DNA from: Ascidiella aspersa | Taxonomy: Eukaryota | DNA: 64,000 nt | Direction: 5' to 3' | NCBI GenBank assembly: GCA_963924565.1 | Contig: OZ004615.1 | Location: 7,192,001 to 7,256,000 of the forward strand | Shown here: positions 50,701-64,000 of the stretch, in pieces | Numbering within the stretch: position 1 is the stretch's first letter | How the letters are laid out: every line of letters begins with the position of its first letter | The notes under the pieces: generated by a model | Told to the model about the DNA's origin: nothing | What the model saw: only the letters and a program-made list of their open reading frames with translations | Database searches by the model: none | Made by a program: the position numbers and the translations under genes

Positions 50701-51934
50701 CAGTGGTTCTCAACCGCCGGTTCGCGTCAACTTTCCTACCGGTCCCCCAAATATATTACAATTTTATATCTCAATTGCAAAATGCAAGATTTTGAAGACT
50801 TGTCCATCAAGTTTAGAACTTCGCCAATTTGGTAATTTGCAGCATTGTGACTCGTCTACTTTAGACTTCTTCATACGTCACAATGCCGCAACTGTTTTGC
50901 CCACCCCAACTGTTTAAAAGTAGGCTGCAATTGTGTAAGTCAGTGTTTGTTAACCTTTTTTACTTAGGGGCACACCTAGATACATTTGAAAACGTGTAGG
51001 CGCACTTTGCGAGCGAAGCGAGCGTGAAATTTTTGCGGTGTACCTCTATTTCTCTTAAATTGCTTGCAATTTTTTATTATATAGGCTTCAAGTTGCATAT
51101 CTTTAAAGAGACTGCAGCCTTGAGGCCAAAATAAGAACAACATCAACTTCGGAATAAAAGACAGTTAGGAATAAGGCGCAAATATGACTAATACCTCATA
51201 CCGGTAGTCGTAATAATGACGAAATCGGAATCAGCCCTAAATGGCCAAAATAAGGCCTATACAACCTTATATCCAACCCCAAACACCATCCATAACTATC
51301 ACTAACTGCCCGAATATTTTCAACCCTAACTCAAATGCTAACACCACCAATTACCCGCCCATAAGCCAAAACATGGGCAAAAAATCCGGGGCCAAAATAG
51401 CGGCGCCCAAATGTCGACAGCAAACGGTCAATGCAGGTGTCCCCCAATCATCCCATACCCTTTTCCTACAGTCTTAGGCGTTATTTTGTCCATTTAAGTC
51501 TTATTCCGATTAATTTTATTGGCTTAATTCGTCATGTTTAGCTCTTATCTAGACCATCTTGAAAGTACTGTGGAATCAATGAGCTAAGCTTAGTAGGAAA
51601 GTAAAAATACATGTTTTATATAATAAATTATTTTTTCCTTGTGCTCGCGGCGCACCTGACAGCCTTACATGGCGCACCGGTTGAGAAGCGCAGTCCTAAA
51701 CTTTAAGACCAGTTGTTTATAAAAAATACATTAGGAACACGTATAACACGTATGATAACAAAAAGAAAGCAGCAAATTGCTCATTAAATAAAAGTTTCCG
51801 TTCTGTGCTTTTAAGTTGTATACTTTTATCGTAATTACATTTTGGGTTTATTTTCATTTTGGAAGATCCACCGGTCCGCAAAATTTGTTTTGAAATTTTA
51901 CCGGTCCGTACGCTAAAAAGGTTGAGAACCACTG
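50701..51934. mobile_element. hAT-like element containing nested insertions (about 50941-51693, and a foldback at about 51170-51550)
   Basis: Outer perfect TIR CAGTGGTTCTCAACC; inner ends CAGTGTTTGTTAACC / GGTTGAGAAGCGCAG; innermost inverted arms AATCGGAAT..TAAATGGCCAAAATAAGGCCTA / TAGGCGTTATTTTGTCCATTTA..ATTCCGATT. Confidence 0.75.
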
Positions 51935-54546
51935 GACTCTAAACCTCTAATGAGTTTTCTTTAATGCACTTGTCAGATTGGCCTATTTGGCCTATGCTCC
52001 ACAATGCGTTCGCCGATCGCCGCTAATAAAAGCAAAAACGGCGCGTTATGTCTCATTGATCTATGATAGCAGCTTCCAGTTCCCTTTGACGACAACATAG
52101 ACGCGGTGACGTGCTTTTCCTGCTAGAAGCGTCAAATCTGGATAACAGATGTTGTTCATTAAGTTACTAGAAATTTTATGAACTCGGGAGCGTTGCATTT
52201 CGACGGATTTGTGAGTTTCAGGTATAGACTGACTTGTGTCATTTATGACGTATATTAATTGAAGTTCTAAATGTGTGGCAGCATTAATCGTAAATGTGAC
52301 GATTTACGCTTACACAGCTTGTTGCTTTGTACGAATTCAGTCATTGGAAAGCAGTTTTTTTTTGTGACACTTGCTATGGTTGTTACCTAGTGTTAAATTT
52401 ATCTGTATTAAGCGTTAGGCAACAAAGGACGCAGGCTTTGCGCTTTTGTTTACTGGGCGCGGCCATTTTATGAACTATAACGCTATTTTGTTTGGTGTAC
52501 GAAAATGTTATTTAACAAACTTAGTTGCAAAGAGATAAACTAATCATTTTTCTTCTGATAGTAATACCTAGTTGTAAAAGGGACATCAACCAGGTCGACA
52601 GGGGCTTATCGAACAATGACAGAATGTCGGGTCATTTTAGTGATGCGCAAAGTAATACCAAAAAGAAGCGACTCCAAATATGCAACCCAAAATCTAAAAA
52701 CAATTATTTTTTCGAGATTTCAAAAGCCTAAATTTAAATATAATCATATTTAACTAGCGTGTGACAAGGCTAGTGATTTGCGTATAACTAACAGATGCAC
52801 ATTCGGATTTTCGATTGATGATATGACGATTCAAATATACTAACAAGTGAACATAAGCAAGTTCATGGCATAGGATTATACTAACTTGATAAATGAAATC
52901 GTAGCTTTATGGAGAAAAGGCCACGAAACGCCAAGCCTATACAAGTCAAATATTATATGAGAACACAATAGTCGGCTGCTTGGTTCACGACTCTAGGAAA
53001 GTTTGGTGTGAAGTATGTAAGGAATGATTGCGGCACAATACTTCAGAGGTATTATTATTCGATCAGTGGGTTTCGAACAAAAGGCATTAAGAGTAATGAA
53101 AGGCTTTATCGCTTGTAGCATTTACGAGTTTTGCCACAGGTTACAAGACTGCACGCACGTGCAGGTTTAGCGCGGCGAAAAGGTATGAGAACCACAATTC
53201 AGTTAAACACAAGCGTTTAGCTTTTTTGTATTGCTTGGCAATTATAGTTATTACATGTATTGTAATGCTGATTATATTTCAGTAGACAAAGCACGCGAAC
53301 TTGTCCAAATAGTGGTTAACTCGTGAACGCGTCCAACAGGGACATAACTGCTTAATAATAGTTCGACATCCTTTAAAATCAAACCTAATAAAAGAATTAG
53401 AAATAGCCTGTCGCCCTGTACGCCTTCTGCGATATTTGAATGCCACCATATCGCGTGTTTAAAAGGTATTGTACAGACAGTTAGATAACTAACAGAATAG
53501 TAATGCAAGTAACACTGTATATGCTAGAGACGCAAAACAGTAATAAATTCATTATTCCTTGCTACTAAGACGCCCTAAAAAAATCGCCTTTAACTATTCT
53601 ACTGGGGTTTGCAATAGTAGAACGTTAGATTGTTTACTTTTTCGGGATAATTACTCAGCAACTATTTTGTTCCATATTATTGCAGTGGTAATAGATCGTA
53701 CCACAAGATTTGCAAGATTTCCAGTTATGTACCAAACCAATTTAGTTGAATTTCGAAGACTGCGTATGTCTATATTGTAAGATTAATCCTTTTGGGGCAA
53801 ACGAACCACACAAATTACTAGAAAACTTCGATATTCCTGTCAAGTGATATTAGCCGACACAACACAGCAAGTTATCACTTTCAATGTAAGAAATATAGTG
53901 ATTTTGGAATATCAAGTAGGGAGCTTTAAATTTCTACTTTTGCAGTGTTCTTGTGCTTCAGTATACCCTGTCACTTTAAAACATTTGGCGTATTTCCGTA
54001 TAATTGTTTGGATAAGATGTGTAAGGATTCTCTTACTTTTTCCACAACACAACGTCAACGTCAACGTCCACACATGCATAGTGAAAAGAGTTAAGTTGTG
54101 GAAAACTTAGGTATAGTTGTGAATAGCACACAAGTGTCTGCTGCAACCCGACATTAATTGCATTGACCACTAACTGTTGTATTGCAGGAAACGCCAATCA
54201 GGACGAATTTAAAAAGTAGACTAACAGGGTGGGTGGATGTTGTAGATCAGACACAGGACCTATGCTTGGTCGCATACCATATTGCCTGTGCAGCGTATAC
54301 ACAATGTTCAGTTGTTTGTATTAGAGTTTAACCTGAGACAATTTTTGATTGTCTGGAAACTGTGTTCCTTTTAACGAAACTGCTGTTCGTAATTGAACTA
54401 ACGGCATCTCTTTGGATTCTCCTTTTTTAATTTTTTTTTCTGTCTTAAAAAGTTGGTATATGATTTGTGATAAGCTGGACAAAATGTTGGATTTCTAACC
54501 GAATTGTGGAGTACGGAATCACGCTTTGGCAAAACACGGAATAAAG

Positions 54547-57500
54547 ATGCCAGAAGTGCGAGTCAAAATTATTCGGGCAGACTTTCCGGAGGAAAAAGTG
54601 AAGTCACCCTTTGTGTCCGTTACCTTTAAAGGTTGGTAAAGTAAAGCGCAAAGTAAAGCGCTTTCTGGGATTTGTTTCCAACTAGCTGTATGGTATAATG
54701 ACAGTTGTTTTTTTCAGCAGTTGGTGGTTTTAGCCCAGACGGGGCGAAAATGAACCAGAAATGTAAAAATGTTTTGTGGTGAAAAAAAAATCAGTAGATA
54801 GATAGTAAACACTTAATTAACATGAAAAGCTCCCTAAGCGAATTAGTTATACAATCGTCTAAAAACGGTCACAGGTCGACTGATTTTAAGGCCGTAATAG
54901 GTATTATAAATATTTTTGTAGCATTTTCTCGTAATTTTCGCGCAAAACCTATGATGATTATGTCTGATGGTAAACCAGCACGTATAGAGCCACTAAGTAT
55001 ATCAGGATTTGAATTTTACATTACATAACCTATAAGGGGATTTTAATGTTGGCGTAGCGCAGGGATGTCCAACCTTTTAGCAGAATGGGCCGCATTGCCA
55101 CTTTAAAAATTTCGATGGGCCGCAAAATCTCTCAAATTAAAGGGGTGACGTCATAAGTTGGGTCAAATCGTGACGTCATAAAACAACCTAACTTATAAAC
55201 ACCCGTTCTTCGAGAGTGAACTTATGCGCAAATATGCGAAAATTTAAGTTTTCACGTGTTTGGGCTGACATATTTCCTTAAAACGGTCCGGAAAAACACA
55301 CATTCAGAAAAAACAAACATGTTACTTAGCAATGATGGGTGCACAAAGTGCTCGATGGATGTTGAAATGCGACATTACACTCGATTATAAAAAACACAAG
55401 ATTATGCCTACATCAAATACTGCGCGATCTTCACGTTTTGATGATATTCGAAACAACTGTTTTTAATAAAGGTTACTGAAAGTGAGAATTAGTGGTGGGC
55501 CGCACGTAAATATCAGGCGGGCCGCAGGTTGAACATCCCTGGCGTAGCGTATACCTTTATGCAGGTTGTATAATAAAATGTATAGTTGCTTTTTTATCTA
55601 TTAAAACACCATTTATTGGTAATGCTTTAAATAAAAACCTTTTTACCAGAAACATTTTGCATTGCCACAAACAACATTCGTTCGTTTTACAACTTGTTAG
55701 TAAGTTTCTCAAAATGGTTGCTTCAGTCTCTTGTTATTGTAATAAAGTGGTAGGCTTGCACGCCAATATACGATTACTCGTAATAAACATATGCTGTTTG
55801 AATTGCCGTCGACAACGTAAAAGGAAATCTTTCATAGATTTTGTGTCTATACGCGCAGTAGCGCACTTATCAGGAAATAAATGCTTCAATATATAACTGT
55901 CCTGAACGCCAACGAAGAATTTGACAAACGAGTTTCTAATGCTATTGTTTGAATAAACGATTGTGTTAATGCACGCCTGCGCTCCACGAGCTGTGTTAAA
56001 AGGAAGCACAGAGATCCCTATACTCTTTCGAAGGGCTTGCAATTTTGAGTCTGCGTGTTTTGCATTTGAAGATTTGTGTCGATTTTTTTGGTACAATTTT
56101 AAAACTCTAAGTGACGTAATCATCATTTAGCAATTTAATTATTTTGTAAAACATATGGGAATTTCGGATGATACACATGAACTTATTCAGAAGTTGAATT
56201 TCCCCCTTTTTTCGATTGCACATGCCTTACGTTTGAACTTAAATACGACATACCGTAGGTTTTTTGCTCGCGCGTTTTACCATATAATATCTCATTTGTG
56301 AACTATTTGCCTATCACACAGCGTGCTTGAAATTCATGTCACCCCTTTTGCTCGCGAAACGTTTCAGACCCCTGCCATAACCTTTGTATAGTTGACTGTA
56401 ATTAAGCGACGAAATAAACAATTTTTGTCGGCCTGGTTTTATGTTTTTTGTACGACAATAAGCAGTTGAGTTTTACAGAGCACTTGTAACTTTTCCGAAA
56501 CGCCATAATCGAAATCTAACAAAGCATTTAAAAAAATTGATCACCCTTTACGCGTATATTTGTTCATAAAGCGATCGCTCCTTCAAACCGCCTTGTGTGC
56601 TTTCCGGGCGTCGTTCCTCATTACAACTACACCTAAAGCAATATAACTTTTGTTTGTCCTCACACAACCGGTATTCACTATGATTGTCCCCAAGTGCACA
56701 GTGACGCCTTCTGTTGAAAGGTTCGATAAAAGTTATACTCTCCTCGAATTTTTACTCCATCCTGGAACGTTGTGATACCCTGGTTCAAGCTTTAAACGGA
56801 GAGGGTTTTGGCCTATGTCGAAATAGACTTTGCCATATTTTTGTGCATCGACAAAAAATTAAAGCACATCTATAGTTAATATATATTGTCATATTTAATT
56901 TAACAATAGCTACACAAGACGATTTTGTATAGCTGTTTCATGTTTTGCAGGCAATTATATAAAATTTGTTTGAGGTTATAAATCCCATTTATATTTATTC
57001 TACTGTACTGTGTGTAGTTTTATCGCCGTAGGGAAATTGTTAGTTGTGTTTTTAAAGGGACTAAAATATACGTTGTTTTACAGGCATTTCCAAAAAGACA
57101 CAAACCAACAAAGGAAAGACTCCGACGTGGAATGAGGTGTGATTGGATTATTTTCACTTTTGACGATAAATTTCACATCGCAAACATGCTTACCAAATTT
57201 TCAGACTTGAATTTTATGTAGAATTTTTATACGGTTTAATCAGTGGGCGTTGACGTGAAGACAAGTCACGCCTTGTTAGCAAATATTGTTCTTGAACTTG
57301 TATGTTGAATTTGTGTGATTACTGGTTATGCTTGCTCATTGCGTTTAGCCAAATGACAAGTCTGGCAGCGAGTAGGTAACTTAGGTCTATAAAATGAGCG
57401 CTTGGTTAACCTGAATAAAAGTAAGCAAAACGTTCAAATTAATGAAAACATTTAGACGCCTGTCGCCTGTATTAAAAAGATACTGTTCGCGTTTTATTTC

Positions 57501-60500
57501 AACTTTGTAAGTCACAAGGAGAACCTAATATTGCGTTAAGGTTATTTTAGTAATATGCTTATAATAGCTGCTGTATTGCCTGTTATTTAACTTTGTAGTT
57601 TACTTTAATGATGCGTGTTTAGTTGTATTTACATTCTAAACTATTATTTAAATGCGTGCAGTTATAGGGTAATATATCCCGCTGTTTAGCCCACAGGAAA
57701 CATGGTGAATCATGTACTAAAGTTGTTCGTGTCAAAGTCAATAAGCACATTCCCTCTTCAACGAGAGGCCTAAAAGTCGGAATATCGTTTTTTATACCGT
57801 TTGTGGCTCTCAATCATGTTAATAACCGCAAGTTTTGAATAAAAGCCTAATACTTGGAACGGCTACACGAACAAGGCTGTCTTGATGCTTATTAGAAGAT
57901 CTTATTGTTTTAAATGTTACTTGAGTTTATTTCTAACATTGCGTGACAGGTTTTGACCTTTGCCCTAACCGACCCGCCAGCGCCCTCTGATGAGTTTAAG
58001 TTCGAAGTTTACGACGATGATGGAATCCTCGGATTTGACAAGTAAGCAAGTCGCTAAATGCGTTTACGTCTTTTTAGCCTATTACGATTCGGAATAGTTA
58101 GATGGAGTGAAGTGTTTTATTGTCTTTTTAGTTTTAGTGGGCCTTAAAATCATACTAGTTTATGTGTTCAGTTGAATTAGTTCCCTATACCTAAACCTGT
58201 CTGAGAAGAATTGGTTCTTATTCTGTTAAACTGTTATGAGTTTTTGTTTATCAAATTTTTTTTAGCTGTGCACCTTTCTAAATAATTTCCATGTATGGAG
58301 TACCACGGTGGTTCTCAAACTTCTTTCCTTGCTACTCCCCTATAAAAGTTTCTTGGTCTTGTGACGCACTTAGCACTTTAATAATTTATTTTATAAAGTG
58401 TAACTCCATAATATACTCAAAAACAGCGCAAAATTCAAATAACAAATTTGTTGCGATGTGTGTTCTTGCTGGGGTATGTGATGTATAGGCAGAGCGTTAA
58501 ACTTTCATACAAAAAACCTTTTTTTTTTTTAGGAATTGTCAATGCAATAATCCTTATTGAGGTTATTAGGTATTACGCCGTTCATGCCCATTCCTCACTA
58601 CAAATAATAAACTAGAATTAAGGGTTACCCGAATTTTTTTATATGATCAAATGTAAACTACGATTTTTGATGAAAGTCATTTGACTATGGGTATAACCTT
58701 ATTTGCAGGACGATTACCACCTTACATCGAGTATTATTTGCGTTTCAGGTACAACATTGCCGTTTATGTTTTATTAGTAGATGACCAAACAGTGCCTATA
58801 CCAGTGATCCTTAAACTAGTGTGCCTCGGGAGATTGTTAAGTGTGGCTGGAAACGTTTTGTATTTTAGAAAAAAAGGTATTTGTATTACGAATAGGCATA
58901 CAGACAAGCATTTCAGACTTCACTATCATTAATCGGTTAACTTTGGGAACGTGGCGCTTTTGCACTGCATTTAATATCACACCTTGGTCTTCAACGTCTT
59001 ATCACCTTCAGAGTCAAACAGAAAGTGGAATTGTCCTACACCTTTTCGGTTAAAGTGTGAAACGTCGGGGGTCGACTGATTAACGTATAAATTAAACGCT
59101 TTTTACTGTTTTTTGCCCCATATGGAGAGCTTTCTTTGACAAACATAAAAAACGTGAAACCTGATTTTAGGACAAATGGCATTTTCTTCCGTCTCTGTGA
59201 CAAACAGTTCCGCCATCTATCGCGAAGCGCGCGCTTAGGCGGGGCCTGCCGTTTAGCAATCCCAAGCTTTCACACACACAGCCCGTTTCTTCCCAAACTC
59301 GCGGGCGTAACGGCTTCCTCTATCCCCACCCGGGTCTCCATTGTTTTTTGGCTGATGTACGCGCTGTTTCAAATTGCGTATTGCAAGACAGTGCATGTTC
59401 AGTTGCCTTGAGGTTTGGGAATTCAGCTGAGCGGCCAAAACGCGTTGTTGAGGATTTCTAAACCTGCCAAGACACCTAGGCATGACGTCACGATCTTTAG
59501 TTATTACGCCACCATCCACGCGCATAAATGTTACCAGGGAAGAGGCAAACTAGAAAGGTCACTTGGAATGTTTAATAGCGTTACTTTTGGGTGTTTGTGA
59601 GTGGCACATTTTTTAAATATAAAATTAGAAAACTTATCTATATTCGTGTAATAGTAAAAATAAAATGCTATAGTGAAAAGAGTTCATGGTAGCGGGCTAG
59701 GCTAATGTTTAGGAAAGTTGCAATATCAGACCGTCCTTGCGACGAAAAAGAAACAGACTTGTTTACAACACATCCAGAAAAAAGCCTACCCATTTTAGTT
59801 ACGCGGCAGAAGTTAACCGCCGGGATGGTGACATAGCGAATGAAAAACGGAATTTATGAAGGAAATAAATAGACAACAAGCAAGATGGGAAATAGTTGGC
59901 ACGACTTCGCTCCGGGAAAGGCTGGTTGTCATGAGTTGATTCGCCGATTGTTTTTGTAGATGATACTACAGTAAGCTGAGAAAACCAAAGCGCGTTACGT
60001 TTCGTTTAAGCCGTTTTTAAGTTTCAAGTTCGACTGCTGTGACAAAATTAAATATAGTTTTACAGCTAACCGAGCAATTTATACCGTAAACTGAAGGACA
60101 GCGGTGGAGATATTAATACAAAGAGAGTTTGTGATTTTTTATTTTAGTTTTGTGCGCGCTTTGTTAATTTAATGCGATGTTATATGACTAACAAACTTAT
60201 ACTAAAAGGTGAATATTGCGTTCTGTTATCCAACGAGAAACGTGTTTTCAGCACGAAATTCCAATGGATTAGAAAAATGATATTGTTAGATAATAAAAAA
60301 ATGAGTTTGCAATGCAATGCTCTACAAATAATGCAATCAAGGTGTAATACTGACGAGTGTCAGGCCAGGTTTGTTTTTTGAACGTTCAAACCCAAACCAT
60401 CCAAAATACGTTGAATTTCTTCTTACTTCTCGACAACTCGGAGAATTTCGGTAACTTCGCGGGGAAATAGTTTTTAAAGTTAGGTCCCGTCACGTGTTTA

Positions 60501-63008
60501 GTTTAGGCATAGCACAGGGATGTGGAAAGAGATTTCGCGGAAAACCGACCGAAATCCGGCCCTGCAATTCGCGCTATCGAATAAGACAGATGCCGTTGGG
60601 ATACTCTTTTCGCCGCAGACGTTTTGCCATCTGTTTTTTTATTAGCTTTTAGGTGAACAAATAAACAAAGCGACTTTGCAGACTTTCTGTAAATTTCAAG
60701 AGCAGTTTTCAGTATTGACGCTTGCAAGAAATGTTGTGCGGGCGCCTTAACTTGCCTTTCTGAAAAAAAATCCTTATGGATTGAAGTTTGTTTTTTTCAA
60801 AGCAGAAATTTACCATTTTAAGTACGTTTGTGAAGGTTGCTAATTCACATTGTAGTTTGCAACCAGTTACATTTTTTTGACAGTCGTGTACCCCATTTTA
60901 AATATACAAAGTTACCTATGTGTTTTGTAAGGCGGCGTAGTCAAAAATCATTTTTTTGCCAAAAAACAAATTTTACTTGTAGAATGCGGGCCTGTAGAAC
61001 TCAACTTGTAAAATATTTTTGTTATCGTTTGTTGAACAGCGAGTCTCGCTTGCAGGTCTTTAGGTAAAGCGACTTGTAGCTACAACGGACTGAAACTAAG
61101 TCGCGAAAAGAATTTGGGTCTCGGAAAAAAGCACAGCGTAAGTATCGTTTACCTTTTAAAACCAGTAATATAAACTTTTATTTTTCTATGTTTCAAGTTT
61201 CTGTGAACAGTTTGCCTGCAATTAAATCTAAAATCACTTTAAACTTGTAAAACAATATCCAAATTTGTGTCTGAATTGGAAAATACATTGTACAATTTCT
61301 GGTTTTATAGCACGAAATTGTGATAATTAATTAATTATTTAGTCAACTAGTTTCATATCAAAATTTAAATTATAACCCAAAATTCAAAATTTCGTTATTG
61401 AAACAATAAGGATAATCGAGTTAATGTAATTCCAATAGTCGCCAAATTTTAACGTAATTCTTTTTTCTTTAGTCTTCGAAGCTACTCGTTGCAATGGCGG
61501 ACAATGCATCGAATGCGAGCGATGACTCCAAGAAAGCAGGTAGGTCGATCAAACCATATTTCACTTCACCTTTAGCCGACGCTTTTGTCAAAAAGACAAA
61601 CCGCAGAAGACTAAGCTTATAATTGTCTATAATTCATACTTTCTATTCTTCGTCGCACTTTTCTATTGCAGCTACGGCGTTTGAATTGTAATAATGGCTT
61701 TGTACCTGAAACCTTACCCGATGTCCATAATAATTATAATCGAAAAAATTCGATATTTGAAGGCTACGATGATAAAGACAACGTGTGTGTAAAAGTTAAA
61801 AAACTTCGTACAATCGTACACCTAAGGACTGAATCCATTGCCTAATTTACGAATGTCCTGAAAATTAGTCAAATTTTGAATTTTGAATTGTTGTTACAAG
61901 TTTAACTCTTAACATAAGCGAACAGTCGAAATATCTGCGTGAGCTGCGAACTGTTATGTTGACGCCGGGTTTATTCGAAATGAACTTAAAAAGATTTAAA
62001 CCTTTGAAAATTTGGGTTTACAATTACAACAATTACAAGCGATTTGTCAGGTTCAACGGCGGGGAAGTCCCAAGAAGGAGGAGCCGAGGCCCCAAATGTG
62101 GACGAGGGGGTGGGTGACATGGAAGCGGAGGGAGACCAGCAGCAATTCGCCGGGAGCGGACTCGGTGGAAGGTTTGTAGCGACCGCTTAGGCATATACCT
62201 GTAGGTAGGGGTTGACAGATTTTTCAGCAACGTGAGATGCATTCTAAAATTCAAGTGTTTAAACTTTAAAGAGCCGCATATAACGGATAATTATTTGTAA
62301 AATTGACTCGCCGGTTGCCCACATTTACCATATACTGTTTGACCGGCAACCGCAAGTGGCTCTTTATCTCCGTGAACTGGTTCGCGTGACTTATACACAG
62401 CAAGCTTAATTTAGGAAATCTTAGTAGCCTACAAAGTAGATCTGGCTACATTTCTGCAGAGCTGTCCAGTTATGTCGGGTGTTTGTGCTTATTTAAAATC
62501 ATGCATTTTAAGTTATGTTTCACAGTCAAGGATGCTGTTAAAAAGTAATATATAGGTAATGTTCGGCTGAATAACTGATTAGACTGGAACCTTGTGTGTT
62601 TTTTGTTATTACAATTGAATAAATTTACCCGTAGGCTACATTTTCATTTATTTGTGTAAGCATGTAACGACCTGATTTGGTTAAAAAATATTTCTTTCTA
62701 ATTTTTTTCAACAGCGTTATAAAAAATCGAAGCGTTTTTAAACAACCAAAATTCACTAAAGACAGAAAAAGTTTTTTTTTAACTTAGAGTAACTCAAAAA
62801 TGACTTGGAAAATACGATATTTTTACAACCAAGGGCGGACCGGGCGACGCTCTCGCAAAAAGTCGAAGATTTCCAGATCCGTCTGAAGATTCTGTGCGGT
62901 CGCCAACTGACCGGCTCCAATATCAAGCCGGTCGTGAAGGTGAAGGCCGGGAAAACGCAAACGAGGATCACTAGGGTCAGAAAGGGGTCGTCGCCTATGT
63001 GGAATGAG
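54547..63008 (+). CDS. Ferlin (dysferlin/myoferlin-like), 5' part: C2A, linker and start of C2B; the gene continues beyond the window
   Basis: Exons 54547-54631, 57084-57136, 57950-58041, 61056-61137, 61473-61539, 62051-62171, 62834-63008 with consistent phases (225 codons). C2A: [20 protein letters not shown]|ISKKTQT..PTWNE|VLTFAL..FEVYDDD..DK|SLGKATC, with intron positions like those recalled for DYSF/MYOF. C2[44 protein letters not shown] closely resembles DYSF/MYOF C2B. Confidence 0.9.
55060..55541. mobile_element. hAT-like MITE in ferlin intron 1
   Basis: TIRs CAGGGATGTCCAACCT / AGGTTGAACATCCCTG; perfect TSD GCGTAGCG. Confidence 0.88.
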
Positions 63009-63584
63009 GTGGGTTTGTTGTTATGCTATATTTGTAAACAGTGTTGTTAGCGACTTATTTTGATATGGGTTAAGTAACAGTCAACTGAAATATATACCGG
63101 TAACTGAAGTTCTAGTCAAATCAATTGCATAGAATAACAAGTTAAGTCATCAATTATTTGAGTAAAAAAAATCAAATTATGGACTAAAAATAAAACGTTG
63201 AATTATTAAAATTGGAAAATATTCACGAATATGAGCAATAACTCGACAACAAAACAACACAAGCGCAACACTAATCTTATTGTTCGAGTCCCAAACTGAT
63301 CTAAATTTCTGTAAAAGACTCAAGTCTTTTAAAAAACAGTGACTTGAGTGCACTTAGGTCAAGGCAGTTACATACATCATTACAACACTCTGTAAAGTAG
63401 AACATTACAACGCTCCGTAAAGTAGAAAATTATTTATATGTGCGTTTTCTGTATAGCCTACGTTTTCTGTTGCCTGTAACGAATGAGGTATAAGTATTGA
63501 TACCCGTATGGTATATCACTCTTTCTAGACAAATATTTTTTGCTGTTCATGTGGCCACCCAAACACTTATATAACAGTCTAAAA

Positions 63585-64000
63585 CAGGGGTCGGCAACCT
63601 TTTTCTAGTCGCGGGCCAAAACCAAACTCAGAAAGGTCTCTGCGGGCCGCACAAAAAGTTAACTAATTAATTAATATGCGTTATTACCATGTTTTAATAT
63701 GTGTTATAACCATGTTAGAACAACTTTTAATCAGGCGGGCCTCGGATCTTTTTTTGCACTTAAAAACGTGTTTAATTACATTTAAGGAGACAGTAAAGTG
63801 TTGACGCGAAGCGCGAAAAAAAAGCGTTTGTTTGGTTTAAAATTAGAGTTCACACGTCGTCATCCGTGCTACGAATGAAAAGTGTAATAAAACTACTTTA
63901 ATGGAATGCGATAACATTCACAGGGAATTTATAGCTTAGTGTTTGTTAACCTTTTGAGGTCAAAGTAGACCTGGCGAGCGAAGCGAGCGCGGTTTTTATT
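63585..64000. mobile_element. Second copy of the 21917-22663 element, truncated by the window end
   Basis: Colinear similarity from CAGGGGTCGGCAACCTTTTT to AGACCTGGCGAGCGAAGCGAGCGCG. Confidence 0.85.

Noticed and set aside
58709-59054. Alternative candidates for ferlin exon 4 (58709-58748, 59012-59054)
   Set aside because: Phase-compatible, but they lack the C2 beta6 'LG.A' motif, which exon 61056-61137 supplies.
5124-63008. Functional gene cluster or operon linking ICA1, FERM, HIBCH, LCMT2 and ferlin
   Set aside because: The pathways are unrelated, the genes are several kb apart with repeat-filled spacers, and orientation is mixed. There is no sequence evidence of co-transcription.

Overview
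AT-rich eukaryotic genomic DNA with GT-AG introns of about 0.07-3 kb. The host is inferred to be an invertebrate animal, most plausibly an ascidian/tunicate, but this cannot be proven from the window. Five spliced protein-coding genes were rebuilt by hand with consistent intron phases. On +: ICA1/ICA69 (arfaptin-homology BAR protein, 5124-17731), a divergent band-4.1-type FERM protein with a long R/S/P-rich tail (21360-31050), HIBCH (35708-41543), and the 5' part of a dysferlin/myoferlin-type ferlin (54547 onward, running off the window). On -: LCMT2/TYW4 (47964-44354). Introns and intergenic DNA hold many non-autonomous DNA transposons, mostly hAT-like MITEs with 8-bp target-site duplications (TSDs), several of them nested. 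There is also a foldback MITE family with telomere-like GGGTTAGGG arms and a tRNA-derived SINE. No transposase, rRNA gene, CRISPR array or clearly novel multi-gene system was found. The best leads are the telomere-motif foldback elements clustered at gene 5' ends, 5'-biased CpG depletion within housekeeping genes, a near-intact tRNA-like SINE head with an expanded anticodon arm, lineage-specific ICA69 exons and a remodelled ferlin C2A domain. All family assignments come from remembered motifs; no database search was run.
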